Source of the DNA: Octopus sinensis
Lineage: Eukaryota
Assembly (NCBI RefSeq): GCF_006345805.1
Contig: NC_043011.1
Location: 29,462,464-29,526,463, forward strand
Direction: 5' to 3'
Length of the DNA stretch: 64,000 nucleotides
In this document: positions 38,317-52,470 of the stretch, one piece after another
Numbering within the stretch: position 1 is the stretch's first letter
Layout of the letters: the number at the start of each line of letters is the position of its first letter
Program-made: the position numbers and the translations under genes
The notes under the pieces: generated by a model
Database searches by the model: none
Seen by the model: only the letters and a program-made list of their open reading frames with translations
Told to the model about the DNA's origin: nothing

Positions 38317-38349
<33 letters not shown>

Positions 38350-38351
<2 letters not shown>

Positions 38352-38710
38352 TGCAGGAGTGGTTGTGTGGTAAGTAGCTTGCTTACCAATCACATGGTTC
38401 TGGGTTCAGTTCCACTGTGTGGCACCTTGGGCAAGTGTCTTCTACTAGAGCCTTAGGCTGACCAAAGCCTTGTGAGTGAATTTTGTTGACAGAAACTGAA
38501 AGAAGCCCATTGTATATATATGTATACATATATATGTATAGGCACGTGTGTGTATATGTTTGTGTGTCTGTGTTTGTTCCCTTCAATATTGCTTGACAAC
38601 CGATGTTGGTGTGTTTATGTCCCCATAATTTAGCCGACAGAATAAGTACTAGGCTTACAACGAATAAGTCCTGAAATCAATTTACTCGACTAAAACTAGT
38701 AAAAGAATAA
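38350..38710 (+). mobile_element. tRNA-derived SINE family 1
   Basis: Shared family 1 sequence. Confidence 0.85.
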
Positions 38711-38959
38711 AAGAATATACATATATATTGTTTTATTAAATATTCATGCATACACACACATGCATATTTATATATATATATTATATATATATATATTATA
38801 TATATATATGTATCAACTTCATAATTTGTATGTATTTGCATGTATGTATATATAGATGTGTGGGTGAATAAAAAAATGATGAAAATAAAATAATGACGTT
38901 AATTAGAAGCTTTGGGAATAGGTGCAATATATTGGTTTATCGTACGAGGTAGGTCATGC

Positions 38960-39700
38960 AGTGTGTGGGTTGGCGGCGCCCACAACTTTGTGAATATATG
39001 CATCTTTGTATATATGTGTGTGGGAGTTTATTTGTCTGTGTACGTATGATGTGTAAGTGATTGGTGTGTTTGTGTATGTGAGCTGTGTGTGTGGTGTCTG
39101 TGTCCATGTGTTTGTTATGTATATGTATGTATCTGCGTGTGCATGTATGTCTGTGTGCATGTGTGTATGCATGCATAGCTGCATGTATGTACGTGTGTAT
39201 GTGTGTATGAATGTATGCATGCGTGTATGTATATATGTATGTGTGTGCACATATATATATATGTATGCGTATGTGCGTATATATGTATGTCTGTGTGTAT
39301 GTGTGTATGTGCGTATATATGTATATCTGTGTGTATATGTGTATGAATGTATGCATGTGTGTATATAGGTGTGTTTGTGTATGTATGAGTGTATGTATGT
39401 GTGTCTGAGTGCATGTGTGTATGTATGTATGTATGCATGTGTATATATGTATGTGTTTATGTATGTATTATGTATGTGCATGTATCTATGTGCGAGTGTA
39501 TGTGTGTTTGAATGTATGCATAATGTATATGTATGTGTGTTTGTGTGTGTGTATGTATGTATATATGTATGTATGTGTGTATATATATATGAATGTATAT
39601 ATGTAAGTATATATATTTATGTATGTATGTATGTATATGTGTGAATGTGTTTGTGTGTGTATGTGCATGTGTGTGTGTGTGTGTGTAAATGTGTGCTTGC
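38960..39700. repeat. Degenerate (TG)/(TATG) low-complexity tract
   Basis: Direct composition; the C/V/Y/M and H/T/Y ORFs are artefacts. Confidence 0.9.
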
Positions 39701-40346
39701 ATAGAACTTTCAGAAAAGAAACAATCTATATATAAATAGAAAGAAAAACTAGTGAAACAAAATAACGGAATTGGAGAAATGAAGAACAAGTAACAAGAGA
39801 CAACAACTAAAAACAAAAATACCTGGCAAAAAAAAACAAAACAATAATACATTAATAAAATCTCAAAAAGAATAATGACACAAAAAAATCACATAAATTA
39901 GAGCCAAAATGAAAAATATATAAATAAATGTAGAAACATAAATATATAAAGACAGGTAGAATGAAGGAAATAGCTAAAAAACACAGATAATACAACTATA
40001 CAAAAAATATATGATTATATCTAAATATGTAAACATATAAATATGTTCATACACACATGCATACATTCATACACATATACACACATGCTCACACACATAC
40101 ATGCATACACATATACAAATGGCGGTGCCCCAGTGTGGCCACGGCTCATGAGCTGAAACTAGATCATATCAAATCATATAAATATGTTTATTGAAAGTGC
40201 TTTGAAAAGGTGATTTTTTTTTTGTCGTGGTGGGGATTTCTGTAAATGTAAGTTAGAGCTTGGTTGAAAGGAAGTTTAACTACATATCTATATATAAAGA
40301 TTATATATAATCTATATATAATCAATGTCTGGTAGTGCTGCAGACT

Positions 40347-40347
40347 A

Positions 40348-40427
<80 letters not shown>

Positions 40428-40855
40428 CAGATTTGCTTGTCAGTTGTTTGACCTTAACCAGTTGAGCATGTCCCTTAGTGGCTGACGATATGTGCATCTC
40501 TGATCACGAGCAGAAGTAGTGGGGGAGCATCATAGCCATGTGTTGAGAGGGATTCTTTGGGGTTTGAATAATTCACCTCCGGAAACATGGGTGGTTCTTT
40601 CAACATCCTTAAACAACCCTATTTCAGGGACCTTTTGAGCGGGATGGGCTACTCAACCTGAAGAAAATTCTAACTGGGCCCCACCTGCAAGGTCATGTGC
40701 TGTTTATCTTGATATGAAATCACCATGTCGCGCACATATGGCTGTGATGCATGTGCCTAGTGTACCCTTATCAGACGGGTAGTCATGATGGGTATATTGG
40801 GCTTTGTATATTTTACTCCAGTGTCACTTTGATGGCATGCACTGCTCCCTCACTC

Positions 40856-40915
<60 letters not shown>

Positions 40916-41790
40916 CTCTAGGAATGATAAAAAAAGGTATTGAAACCTATTTGAAAATGATTCCAGGCTTACCATCCCTACAGGAAGTGCAAAAAATCGT
41001 ATTAATTGGAACGGCTCATGTAATGAGAAGAGCATTATCGCTGTGAAAACAATATCCATCCATGAATTTATTTATTTATTAATTTTTAAATACATATTTT
41101 ATCTGTGAATTTGCGTGTGTAATCTGGGAATGCATACAATGAGCTTCTCTGCCCTAGGTGTATGGAAAACACTCGGCGAGAAACGGAAGAAAATTTGAAG
41201 AAAAGAGGAAAAAACATAATAATAATAGATGCAGTACCAGGCAGTGGCTCTCATGGCTTCTAATCTTAACTGATTGGAAGTGTTATCATGTACATTGTTT
41301 TGTCTTGGTATAAAAGATGGGCTACAGTAAATATTCTGCTCAATACCACAGATTTGCTTGTCAGTTGTTTGACCTTAACCAGTTGAGCATGTCCCTTAGT
41401 GGCTGACGATATGTGCATCTCTGATCACGAGCAGAAGTAGTGGGGGAGCATCATAGCCATGTGTTGAAGGGATTCTTTGGGGTTTGAATAATCCACCTCT
41501 GGAAACATGGGTGGTTCTTTCAACATCCTTAAACAACCCTTATTCAGGGACCTTTTGAGCAGGATGGGCTACTCAACCTGAAGAAAATTCTAACTGGGCC
41601 CCACCTGCAAGGTCATGTGCTGTTTATCTGATATGAGATCACCATGTCGCGCACATATGGTTGTGATGCATGTGCCTGGTGTACCCTTATCAGACGGGTA
41701 GTCATGATGGGTATATTGGGCTTCGTATATTTTACCCCAGTGTCACTTTGATGGCATGCACTCTCTCTCATCAATAATAATAATAATTAT

Positions 41791-41847
<57 letters not shown>

Positions 41848-42499
41848 CTCTAGGAATGATAAAAAAAGGTACTGAAACCTATTTGAAAATGATTCCAGGC
41901 TTACCATCCCTACAGGAAGTGCAAAAAATCGTATTAATTGGAACGGCTCATGTAATGAGAAGAGCATTATCGCTGTGAAAACAATATCCATCCATGAATT
42001 TATTTATTTATTAATTTTTAAATACATATTTTATCTGTGAATTTGCGTGTGTAATCTGGGAATGCATACAATGAGCTTCTCTGCCCTAGGTGTATGGAAA
42101 ACACTCGGCGAGAAACGGAAGAAAATTTGAAGAAAAGAGGAAAAAACATAATAATGATAATAATAATAATAATAATAATAATATAATAATAATCTCTAGG
42201 AATGATAAAAAAGGTACTGAAACCTATTTGAAAATGATTCCAGGCTTACCATCCCTACAGAAGTGCAAAAAATCGTATTAATTGGAACGGCTCATGTAAT
42301 GAGAAGAGCATTATCGCTGTGAAAACAATATCCATCCATGAATTTATTTATTTATAATTTTTAAATACATATTTTATCTGTGAATTTGCGTGTGTAATCT
42401 GGGAATGCATACAATGAGCTTCTCTGCCCTAGGTGTATGGAAAACACTCGGCGAGAAACGGAAGAAAATTTGAAGAAAAGAGGAAAAAACATAATAATG

Positions 42500-42541
<42 letters not shown>

Positions 42542-43020
42542 GATGGGCTACAGCAAATATTCTGCTCAATACCACAGATTTGCTTGTCAGTTGTTTGACC
42601 TTAACTAATTGAGCATATCCCTTAGTGGCTGACGAGATGTGAATCTCTCCTCACGAGCAGAAGTAGTGGGGGAGCATCATAGCCATGTGTTGAGAGGGAT
42701 TCTTTGGGGTTTGAATAATTCACCTCCGGAAACATGGGTGGTTCTTTCAACATCCTTAAACAACCCTATTTCAGGGACCTTTTGAGCGGGATGGGCTACT
42801 CAACCTGAAGAAAATTCTAACTGGGCCCCACCTGCAAGGTCATGTGCTGTTTATCTTGATATGAAATCACCATGTCGCGCACATATGGCTGTGATGCATG
42901 TGCCTGGTGTACCCTTATCAGACGGGTAGTCATGATGGGTATATTGGGCTTCGTATATTTTACCCCAGTGTCACTTTGATGGCATGCACTGCTCTCTCAC
43001 TCAATAATAATAATAATTAT

Positions 43021-43077
<57 letters not shown>

Positions 43078-43953
43078 CTCTAGGAATGATAAAAAAAGGT
43101 ACTGAAACCTATTTGAAAATGATTCCAGGCTTACCATCCCTACAGGAAGTGCAAAAAATCGTATTAATTGGAACGGCTCATGTAATGAGAAGAGCATTAT
43201 CGCTGTGAAAACAATATCCATCCATGAATTTATTTATTTATTAATTTTTAAATACATATTTTATCTGTGAATTTGCGTGTGTAATCTCGGAATGCATACA
43301 ATGAGCTTCTCTGCCCTAGGTGTATGGAAAACACTCGGCGAGAAACGGATGAAAATTTGAAGAAAAGAGGAAAAAACATAATAATAATAGATGCAGTACC
43401 AGGCAGTGGCTCTCATGGCTTCTAATCTTAACTGATTGGAAGTGTTATCATGTACATTGTTTTGTCTTGGTATAAAAGATGGGCTACAGTAAATATTCTG
43501 CTCAATACCACAGATTTGCTTGTCAGTTGTTTGACCTTAACCAGTTGAGCATGTCCCTTAGTGGCTGACGATATGTGCATCTCTGATCACGAGCAGAAGT
43601 AGTGGGGGAGCATCATAGCCATGTGTTGAGAGGGATTCTTTGGGGTTTGAATAATCCACCTCTGGAAACATGGGTGGTTCTTTCAACATCCTTAAACAAC
43701 CCTTATTCAGGGACCTTTTGAGCAGGATGGGCTACTCAACCTGAAGAAAATTCTAACTGGGCCCCACCTGCAAGGTCATGTGCTGTTTATCTTGATATGA
43801 GATCACCATGTCGCGCACATATGGTTGTGATGCATGTGCCTGGTGTACCCTTATCAGACGGGTAGTCATGATGGGTATATTGGGCTTCGTATATTTTACC
43901 CCAGTGTCACTTTGATGGCATGCACTGCTCTCTCACTCAATAATAATAATAAT

Positions 43954-44013
<60 letters not shown>

Positions 44014-44320
44014 CTCTAGGAATGATAAAAAAAGGTACTGAAACCTATTTGAAAATGATTCCAGGCTTACCATCCCTACAGAAGTGCAAAAAATCGTATT
44101 AATTGGAACGGCTCATGTAATGAGAAGAGCATTATCGCTGTGAAACAATATCCATCCATGAATTTATTTATTTATTAATTTTTAAATACATATTTTATCT
44201 GTGAATTTGCGTGTGTAATCTGGGAATGCATACAATGAGCTTCTCTGCCCTAGGTGTATGGAAAACACTCGGCGAGAAACGGAAGAAAATTTGAAGAAAA
44301 GAGGAAAAAACATAATAATG

Positions 44321-44359
<39 letters not shown>

Positions 44360-44820
44360 GATGGGCTACAGCAAATATTCTGCTCAATACCACAGATTTG
44401 CTTGTCAGTTGTTTGACCTTAACTAGTTGAGCATATCCCTTAGTGGCTGACGAGATGTGAATCTCTCCTCACGAGCAGAAGTAGTGGGGGAGCATCATAG
44501 CCATGTGTTGAGAGGGATTCTTTGGGGTTTGAATAATTCACCTCCGGAAACATGGGTGGTTCTTTCAACATCCTTAAACAACCCTTATTCAGGGACCTTT
44601 TGAGCGGGATGGGCTACTCAACCTGAAGAAAATTCTAACTGGGCCCCACCTGCAAGGTCATGTGCTGTTTATCTTGATATGAGATCACCATGTCGTGCAC
44701 ATATGGTTGTGATGCATGTGCCTGGTGTACCCTTATCAGACGGGTAGTCATGATGGGTATATTGGGCTTCGTATATTTTACCCCAGTGTCACTTTGATGG
44801 CATGCACTGCTCTCTCACTC

Positions 44821-44882
<62 letters not shown>

Positions 44883-45195
44883 TAATAATCTCTAGGGATG
44901 ATAAAAAAGGTACTGAAACCTATTTGAAAATGATTCCAGGCTTACCATCCCTACAGGAAGTGCAAAAAATCGTATTAACTGGAATGGCTCATGCACTGAG
45001 AAAGAGCATTATCGCTGTCAAAACAACATCCATCCATGAATTTATTTATATATTAATTTTTAAATAAATATTTTATCTGTGAATTTGCATGTGTAATCTG
45101 GGAATGCATACAATGAGCTTCTCTGCCCTAGGTGAATGGAAAACACTCGGCGAGAAACAGAAGAAAATTTGAAGGAAAAAGGAAAAAACATAATA

Positions 45196-45275
<80 letters not shown>

Positions 45276-45738
45276 AAGATGGGCTACAGCAAATATTCTG
45301 CTCAATACCACAGATTTGCTTGTCAGTTGTTTGACCTTAACCAGTTGACCATGTCCCTTAGTGGCTGACGATATGTGAATCTCTGATCACAAGCAGAAGT
45401 AGTGGGGGAGTATCATAGCCATGTGTTGAGAGGGATTCTTTGGGGTTTGAATAATCCATCTCTGGAAACATGGGTGTTTCGGTCAACACCCTTAAACAAC
45501 CCTTATTCAGGGACCCTTTGAGCAGGATGGGTTACTCAAGCAGAAGAAAATTCTAACTAGGCCCCAATTGCAAGGTCATGTGCTGTTTATCTTGATATTA
45601 GATCACCATGTCGTGCACAAATGGTTGTGATGCATGTGACTGGTGTACTCTTATCAGACGGGCATTCATGATGGGTATACTGGGCTTCGTATATTTTATC
45701 CTAGTGTCACTTTGATGGCATGCACTGCTCTCTCACTC

Positions 45739-45788
<50 letters not shown>

Positions 45789-45890
45789 TAATAATAATAA
45801 TAATAATAACTATTAATATTTTATTATTATTATTATTATTAATATAATAATTATAAGAATAATGAAAATAATGATGATAATAATAATAAA
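40347..45890 (+). repeat. Higher-order array of elements A and B separated by (TAA)n: A B A B B A B A B A B A
   Basis: A starts: 40427, 41229, 42541, 43390, 44359, 45274. B starts: 40916, 41848, 42194, 43078, 44014, 44890. Confidence 0.93.
40916..41215 (+). mobile_element. Element B: 5'-truncated 3' end of an R4/Dong-like non-LTR retrotransposon (first of six copies)
   Basis: Encodes KKGTETYLKMIPGLPSLQEVQKIVL.GTAHVMRRALSL*, matching the R4-clade RLE C-terminal pattern, then a ~170 nt 3' UTR ending in (TAA)n. Confidence 0.72.
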
Positions 45891-46252
45891 AGCACTCAGA
45901 AAGCATAAACCTCCGCCAAGGTAACATCAATGTTCTCAATGATTAGCCAGAGATGATTTTTAAAATGAGAATATCTGAAATAAACTCGACTTCTCTCACA
46001 AATGAGAATACTAAAAATGACCCCGACTGCTCTTAAAAATTAAGTAAAAAAAAAAAAAGAAATGGAAAAATAATCCAGAATCCTTGTCTGGTACCAGATA
46101 GATCCCAAGATCTAATCAGTTTGTGCCAGTCACGAGGCCAAACATCCCTGAAACTTTCATCTGAATCCATCTAGCGGTTCTTGAGATATCTTGTCCACAG
46201 GCAAGCAAACAAACACAACTGAAAACAATACCTCTGCCATCACTAAGGCAGA

Positions 46253-46257
<5 letters not shown>
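45889..46257 (+). mobile_element. Helentron-associated non-autonomous element (HINE/DINE-1-like)
   Basis: Subterminal aacctccgccaagg near the 5' end and 3' hairpin tacctctgcc-atcactaa-ggcagaggta (46229-46256). Confidence 0.55.
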
Positions 46258-46289
<32 letters not shown>

Positions 46290-46310
46290 TAATAATAATA
46301 ATAATAATAA

Positions 46311-46849
46311 TGCCCTGATGCAGTACCAGGCAGTGGCTCTCAAGGCTTCTGATCTTAACTGATTGAAAGTGTTATCATGTACATTGTTTTGTCTTGGTAT
46401 AAAAGATGGGCTATAGCAAATATTCTGCTCAATACCACAGATTTGCTTGCCACTTGTTTGACCTTAACCAGTGGCTGACGATATGTGCATCTCTGATCAC
46501 GAGCAGAAGTAGTGGGGGAGCATTATAGCCATGTGTTGAGATGAATTCTTTGGGGTCTGAATAAATCACCTCTGGAAACATGGGTGTTTTGTTCAACATC
46601 CTTAAACAACCTTTATTCAGGGACCTTTTGAGTGGACTGGGATGCTCAACTTGAAGAAAATTCTAACTGGGCCCCACCTGCAAGGTCATGTGCTGTTTGT
46701 ATTAATATGAGATGACCATGTCGTGCACATAAGTTTGTGACACATGTCCCTGGTGTACCCTCATCAGACGGGTGGTCATGATGGGTATACTGGGCTTTGT
46801 ATATTTGTACCTCAGTGTTACTTTGATGGCATGTGCTGCTCTCTCACTC
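46311..46849 (+). mobile_element. Element A, longest and most diverged copy
   Basis: tgccctgatgcagtacc...ctctcactc(AAT)n, with an internal deletion. Confidence 0.85.
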
Positions 46850-46907
<58 letters not shown>

Positions 46908-47324
46908 CTACCAATGATGATGATCCTGAGAATCCTACATCAGAATTGAATTTACCAATGCTTTGTTGTGTACATAAATAATTGATAAATAATTGTACAT
47001 AAAAAATAGATAACCATTTATCTATTTTCGTATTTCTTCTGTAGGAGAGTAGATAATATGATAAAGAATATGTTATGTATGTGTGTGTATATACTTATAT
47101 ATATACACATATACATACATACATGCACATACATATATACATGGATTTATGCATACATACATACTTACTTACTTACATACTTATGTACATACACATGTGC
47201 ATGCATGCACACACATGCACACACACACATACATGCACACAAAATGCGAAAGAGTAACTAAGTGTGAAAAAGGATTGAAAAACCAGAGAGGGGGGAGAGG
47301 AAAAGAAAACAAGGATAGATAGAC

Positions 47325-47364
<40 letters not shown>

Positions 47365-47473
47365 TGACAGACAGATAGATAGATAGATAAATAAATAGAT
47401 AGATAGATAACTAAATAGAAAGGAGGAAATAGAAAGGGGGATATAGAAAGGGGGATATATAACTAAATAGAAA

Positions 47474-47816
47474 GGCTGTTCGCCAGCCTCGTCTGGCACC
47501 TATGTCAGTGGCACATAAAAAACACCATCCAAGCGTGGCCGTTCGCCAGCCTCGTCTGGCACCTGTGTTGGTGGCACATAAAAAACACCATCCGAGCGTG
47601 GCTGTCTGCCAGCCTCGTCTGGCACCTGTGTCGGTGGCACATAAAATCACCCACTACACTCTCAGAGTGGTTGGCGTTAGGAAGGGCATCCAGCTGTAGA
47701 AACACTGCCAGATCTGACTGGCCTGGTGCAGCCTTCGGGCTCTCCAGACCCCAGTTGAACCATCCAACCCATGCTAGCACAGAAAGCGGACGTTAAACGA
47801 TGATGATGATGATGAT
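47474..47816 (-). mobile_element. Family 3 repeat with ~3 internal tandem units
   Basis: gccagcctcgtctggcacct.tgt.ggtggcacataaaa repeated three times. Confidence 0.8.
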
Positions 47817-48070
47817 ATGGCAGTGTAAACAGAGCTGAAGAAATCAGATGGAAAATGTTTCAGTGAGCGAAGGAAATAAATATAGACAAATGAGTGTTAC
47901 ACAGGAAATTGTGTAACACCCATTAAACATTATGGATCGATGTTGATTTTGATGTACTTTTTGTTGTTTAATTCAAGTTCAGTTCTAAATAAATATTATA
48001 ACTAGTGACGTAAAAGATACCCAAACACATTAGATGCACCCTAATTTCAACAAGAAAGTTTTCAGTACAT

Positions 48071-48292
48071 CAATCCTTTGCTTTTAAACTGACCATATCC
48101 AACCAAAGAATTCTACCTGTTTTATGCACTAAGTGGCCACATCTGGCCTCTCACACCTACACTTTAATGTCATTCTAAATATTAACAGTTATGTCATCAA
48201 AATCTCATAGCTACAAGATAATGCATGGTTAATTCAAAACAATGTGAATCAAACAGCATTACAATTGACAGCATAATGTGAATGCTAAAGGA
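48071..48292 (+). mobile_element. piggyBac-like MITE family copy (diverged)
   Basis: Same body as 55935-56138; ends aatgctaaagg. Confidence 0.5.
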
Positions 48293-49017
48293 GACCCAAC
48301 TTCCAATATAGGACTTGATACGATTTTTCAAGATTTATTTTTCTTTTCTTTACCATAAAATACTGTATGATGGTGAGGCATTCTAACCTGATCTTACCAT
48401 CCATTTGCATATTTAGAAATGACTACATGTCTTGTTTTTTTTCATCATAAGATATAACAATGTGATATGAAAGAGACTTGGCTATTATTTCTAGAATATC
48501 AAGTGATTGTATAGAACTTCCCTTGTTTGTTCATGAGTTGATATCATTGAAGAATGTTACATCAGTCACATAAGTTTATCAGATTCTGTAAGCAAGTTAT
48601 TATCTAAAATGCCACAAGAATCAGTGTCAGATTGTCACTTATCATAAAGATAACACATGTTTACGGGAACAGAATTAGAAGTGATTCAAACTAACAGATT
48701 CTGTTACGAAGATGAGAGAAAGAAAATATGTAAAGAAGGTAGCACATGTTAGATTTGGATTTAATGGAAATGGTGAACTACTGCATATAGAAAAGGCCAC
48801 CCGACTGATTGATATAAAGTCACTGACAGACCAGTTCCAGCTTCTGATCCAGTCATGCTATCTCTTCAATCTTTTCTCTACTGGTTTCTAACACTAATAT
48901 CTTTCTTTTACTTGTTCCGGTCATTGGCATCTGGCCATGCAGGGGTACTACCTTGAAGAGTTTAGTCAAACAAATAGACCCCTCCCCCACCACTACCAGT
49001 ATACACAAGATTTTTTT

Positions 49018-49222
49018 TAAAGGTTCTTGGCTTTGGGTAAAAGAAAATACAAGAGGATCAGTTAATTATGATTTTATTAAACATATTCCCCTTTCAGTTT
49101 CACACACTTATTGCAGCAGTCCTTCAGTTTTTCTAAGCCCTGTAAAAGAACTCAGAAGACTGGGCCTCCAACCAGGACTTTCATGACACTCATAAAACCA
49201 GAAACTTTTCAGTACCCCGTTG
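49018..49222. mobile_element. Mariner-type MITE, left TIR truncated
   Basis: Body shared with 21743 and 31427. Confidence 0.75.
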
Positions 49223-49277
49223 TGTATTTTTATGTCTGATATAAATCTATTGGTCTCATTTACCAAACTGATAAGCT

Positions 49278-49512
49278 ACCTGAAGAAGGCCTAAAAAAGC
49301 TATGCACATTGCTCCAAGAAGGCCTGAAGAAGCGAGGCACACTATCACAAGGGGCCTAAAAAGACTATGCACATTACCCCAGAAGGCTTGAAAGGGCTAT
49401 ACACACTTCTCAATGAAGGCTTGGAAAAGCTATGCACACTACCCCAAAAAGGCTTGGAAAAGGCTATACCCACTGCCCCAAAATGGCCTGAAACGGCTAT
49501 GCTCTCTACCCT
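49278..49512 (+). repeat. Diverged ~33 bp minisatellite, ~7 units
   Basis: Approximate unit ccccagaaggcttgaaaaggctatgcacacta. Confidence 0.7.
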
Positions 49513-50407
49513 ATTCTTTCAAACCAAGAACACAAAAACAAATAAAATTCACTACATTGTCTCACCACATGGATCTCAATCTCACTGTAGAACCAGAACA
49601 CCAAATGATACCAGCAAAGGTTGGAAGCTATGTGAACTTACTAAATTGTACTTATGGTGACATGTTCAGACTTTCAGTGGGACTACAAATTCACATGTAG
49701 TTCCTGGTCACATACATACACACTCTGTTGATTGTTGGCTGTCACAGAAGATTCACTGACAAAATCACTGCTGATTATCAGAGCAAATGTAGCTTAGGTT
49801 TGAAATGAGTTCTAGAGGCATGTTTTAACAAAAGCTCAAAGATACCTCACTTCCAGTGGTCTTCCAGCATGCCAGACACAAACCCAGAATTTCTTAGGGC
49901 CATGTTATTGCTAGATAGTTGTTAAACCTAAACTAGGTTCATCCATCCTTTTGATAGGTTTTGTTTTTAGTCCTGCTGGGTTTCTGGCAACCCTCCTCAC
50001 TAGACAAGCCTAGTGGAGGTGCCAGTTTAGTCACTCATGACCCAGCCATGCAACAGGTTGTACTGGATTTCATGTTACCAGTAGCATTCATGAAAGACCT
50101 TACAAATGACCTGACAGCTTGAAAGGTGAGGCTCACCAGGTAGTCAGATAATCTAATGAGATTATCAGATAAGTTTTATAATTTGGATATCAGTGATATA
50201 TATATATTAGCAGAGTTAATAGCAGTATAGTGGCTCGAGTTCAAAGAAGGTAAAAGAATTTAAACTAAGTGATATCTCTATTAAACTCAGCTTTGAATAT
50301 ACACCATCTCTTTTTATCTAACGGAGTATAATAGCGTTTTTTCACTTAATTGCAATTTATAGCGCTGTGACCCTTACAATTATCTGTGTTTTTACACACA
50401 TACATGT

Positions 50408-50441
<34 letters not shown>

Positions 50442-50509
50442 ACACATATACATATATAAATGCATACATATATATTATATATGCATTTATATATATACAT
50501 ACAACACAC

Positions 50510-50553
<44 letters not shown>

Positions 50554-50782
50554 TAATATATATATATACATATGTATACATATATACATGTATATGTATA
50601 CATATATATTTACGTACGTGCACACACACACACACACACATATATATGTAAATATATATATATGTATATATATGTATTTATGTGTATACATGTGTGTGTT
50701 TGTGTGTGGTGTGTGTGTGTGAGCGTGTGTGTGAGTGTGTATATATATATCTAAACACATACACACGCACACTCACAAGCAA

Positions 50783-51137
50783 CTTTTATCTTTTAACTTA
50801 TTTTAGTCACTGAACTGCGGCCATGCTGGTGTGCACTGCTTTGAAGGGTTTTGTCAAACAAATCTTCTCCAGTACTTATTTTTTGAAGTCTGGAACTTGT
50901 TCTATCGGTCTATTTCGCTGAACTGCTAAGTTACAGGAATGTAAATCAAGCAACACCCGTTGTCAAGTAGTAATGAAGTACAAGCACTAACACAAAGAAG
51001 CACACACATAGATGCATGCATATATATATGTATATATATATATATATATCTATAATATATATATATATATATATATCCTATATATATATATCTTCATATA
51101 TATATATATATATATATATAACTATATATATACATAT

Positions 51138-51170
<33 letters not shown>

Positions 51171-51286
51171 TATTCTATATATCTATATATACATATATAT
51201 ATATATAATATATCCATATATATATAATATATATATTATATATAGGTGTGGTGTGTGTGTGTATATCTACCTATTGATCTATCTAT

Positions 51287-51324
<38 letters not shown>

Positions 51325-51480
51325 CTATTAATATATATATATATATATATATGTTTGACAGGCTTTTTCTTGTTTCCATCTACCTAATCCACCCACAAGG
51401 CTTTGGTCTGTCCAGGTTTACAGAAGAATGCCACACAGTGGGACTGAACCTGGAACCATGTGGTTGGGAAGCAAACTTCT
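50783..51480 (-). mobile_element. SINE family 1 with an expanded central microsatellite
   Basis: Family 1 tail at 50783-51000, head at 51350-51480. Confidence 0.65.
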
Positions 51481-51483
51481 AAT

Positions 51484-51716
51484 TTCTTTATTGTCCACAA
51501 GGGGGTAAACATAAAGAGGACAAACAAGGACAGACAAAAGGATTAAGTCGATTACATCGACCCCACTGTGTAACTGGTACTTAATTTATCGACCCCGAAA
51601 AGATGAAAGGCAAAGTTGACCTCGGCGGAATTTGAACTCAGAACGTAACGGCAGATGAAATACTGCTAAGCTTACATTTCTGCTGGCATGCTAACTTTTC
51701 TGGCAGCTTGCCGCCT
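51484..51716 (-). mobile_element. tRNA-derived SINE family 2
   Basis: Shared family 2 sequence. Confidence 0.85.
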
Positions 51717-52076
51717 TGCAAACTTCTTCCTATACGGCTATGCCTGCTCCTACATGCACACACACACATACACACACACACAGATAGATATAGGCACATA
51801 TGTATCTTCTCTTTTAAATTATTTAAATTCTTCCTCTGCAGAAGGAGCTGGTTTCCAACGAAGATACAAAGCACCATCATTAGAATGTAGATCCAAAAAA
51901 CAATGTCACATTTTAAACTTGAGAAAAGCTTTGCATATTTTTACTGTTCCACTTAGAGATTGTATACATAATGTGTATGTTTGGTGGTTGGTTTCTTATT
52001 CTGAAAACATCAGCTTATCCAGACTGTCAGTTAGGCATTTACTCACAAAACCAAGTATACCAATCATTATGGTATA

Positions 52077-52470
52077 ACTCTTTTAACTCTTGTAATTGTT
52101 TCAGTCATTTGACTGCGGCCATGCTGGAGCACCGCTTTTAGTCAAGCAAATCGCCCCCGGGACTTATTCTTTGTAAGCCCAGTACTTATTCTATCGGTCT
52201 CTTTTTGCTGAACCGCTAAGTGACGGGGACGTAAACACACCAGCATCGGTTGACAAACACAGACACACAGACATACACACACATACATATATATATATAC
52301 ATATATACGACAGGCTTCTTTCAGTTTCCGTCTACCAAATCCACTCACAAGGCATTGGTTGGCCTGAGGCTATAGTAGAAGACACTTGCCCAAGATGCCA
52401 CGCAGTGGGACTGAACCCGGAACCATGTGGTTGGTTAGCAAGCTACTTACCACACAGCCACTCCTGCGCC
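52077..52470 (-). mobile_element. tRNA-derived SINE family 1
   Basis: Shared family 1 sequence. Confidence 0.85.

Larger units (their letters stand above)
34583..38340 (+). repeat. Near-identical tandem duplication, period 1888 bp
   Basis: ataatcaaaataacc starts at 34583 and 36471; the units include the same SINE inserts and differ mainly by 1-nt indels and microsatellite length. Confidence 0.95.

Noticed and set aside
40470-40520. CUGACGA in element A
   Set aside because: It is followed by GAAG rather than GAAA, with no stem II.
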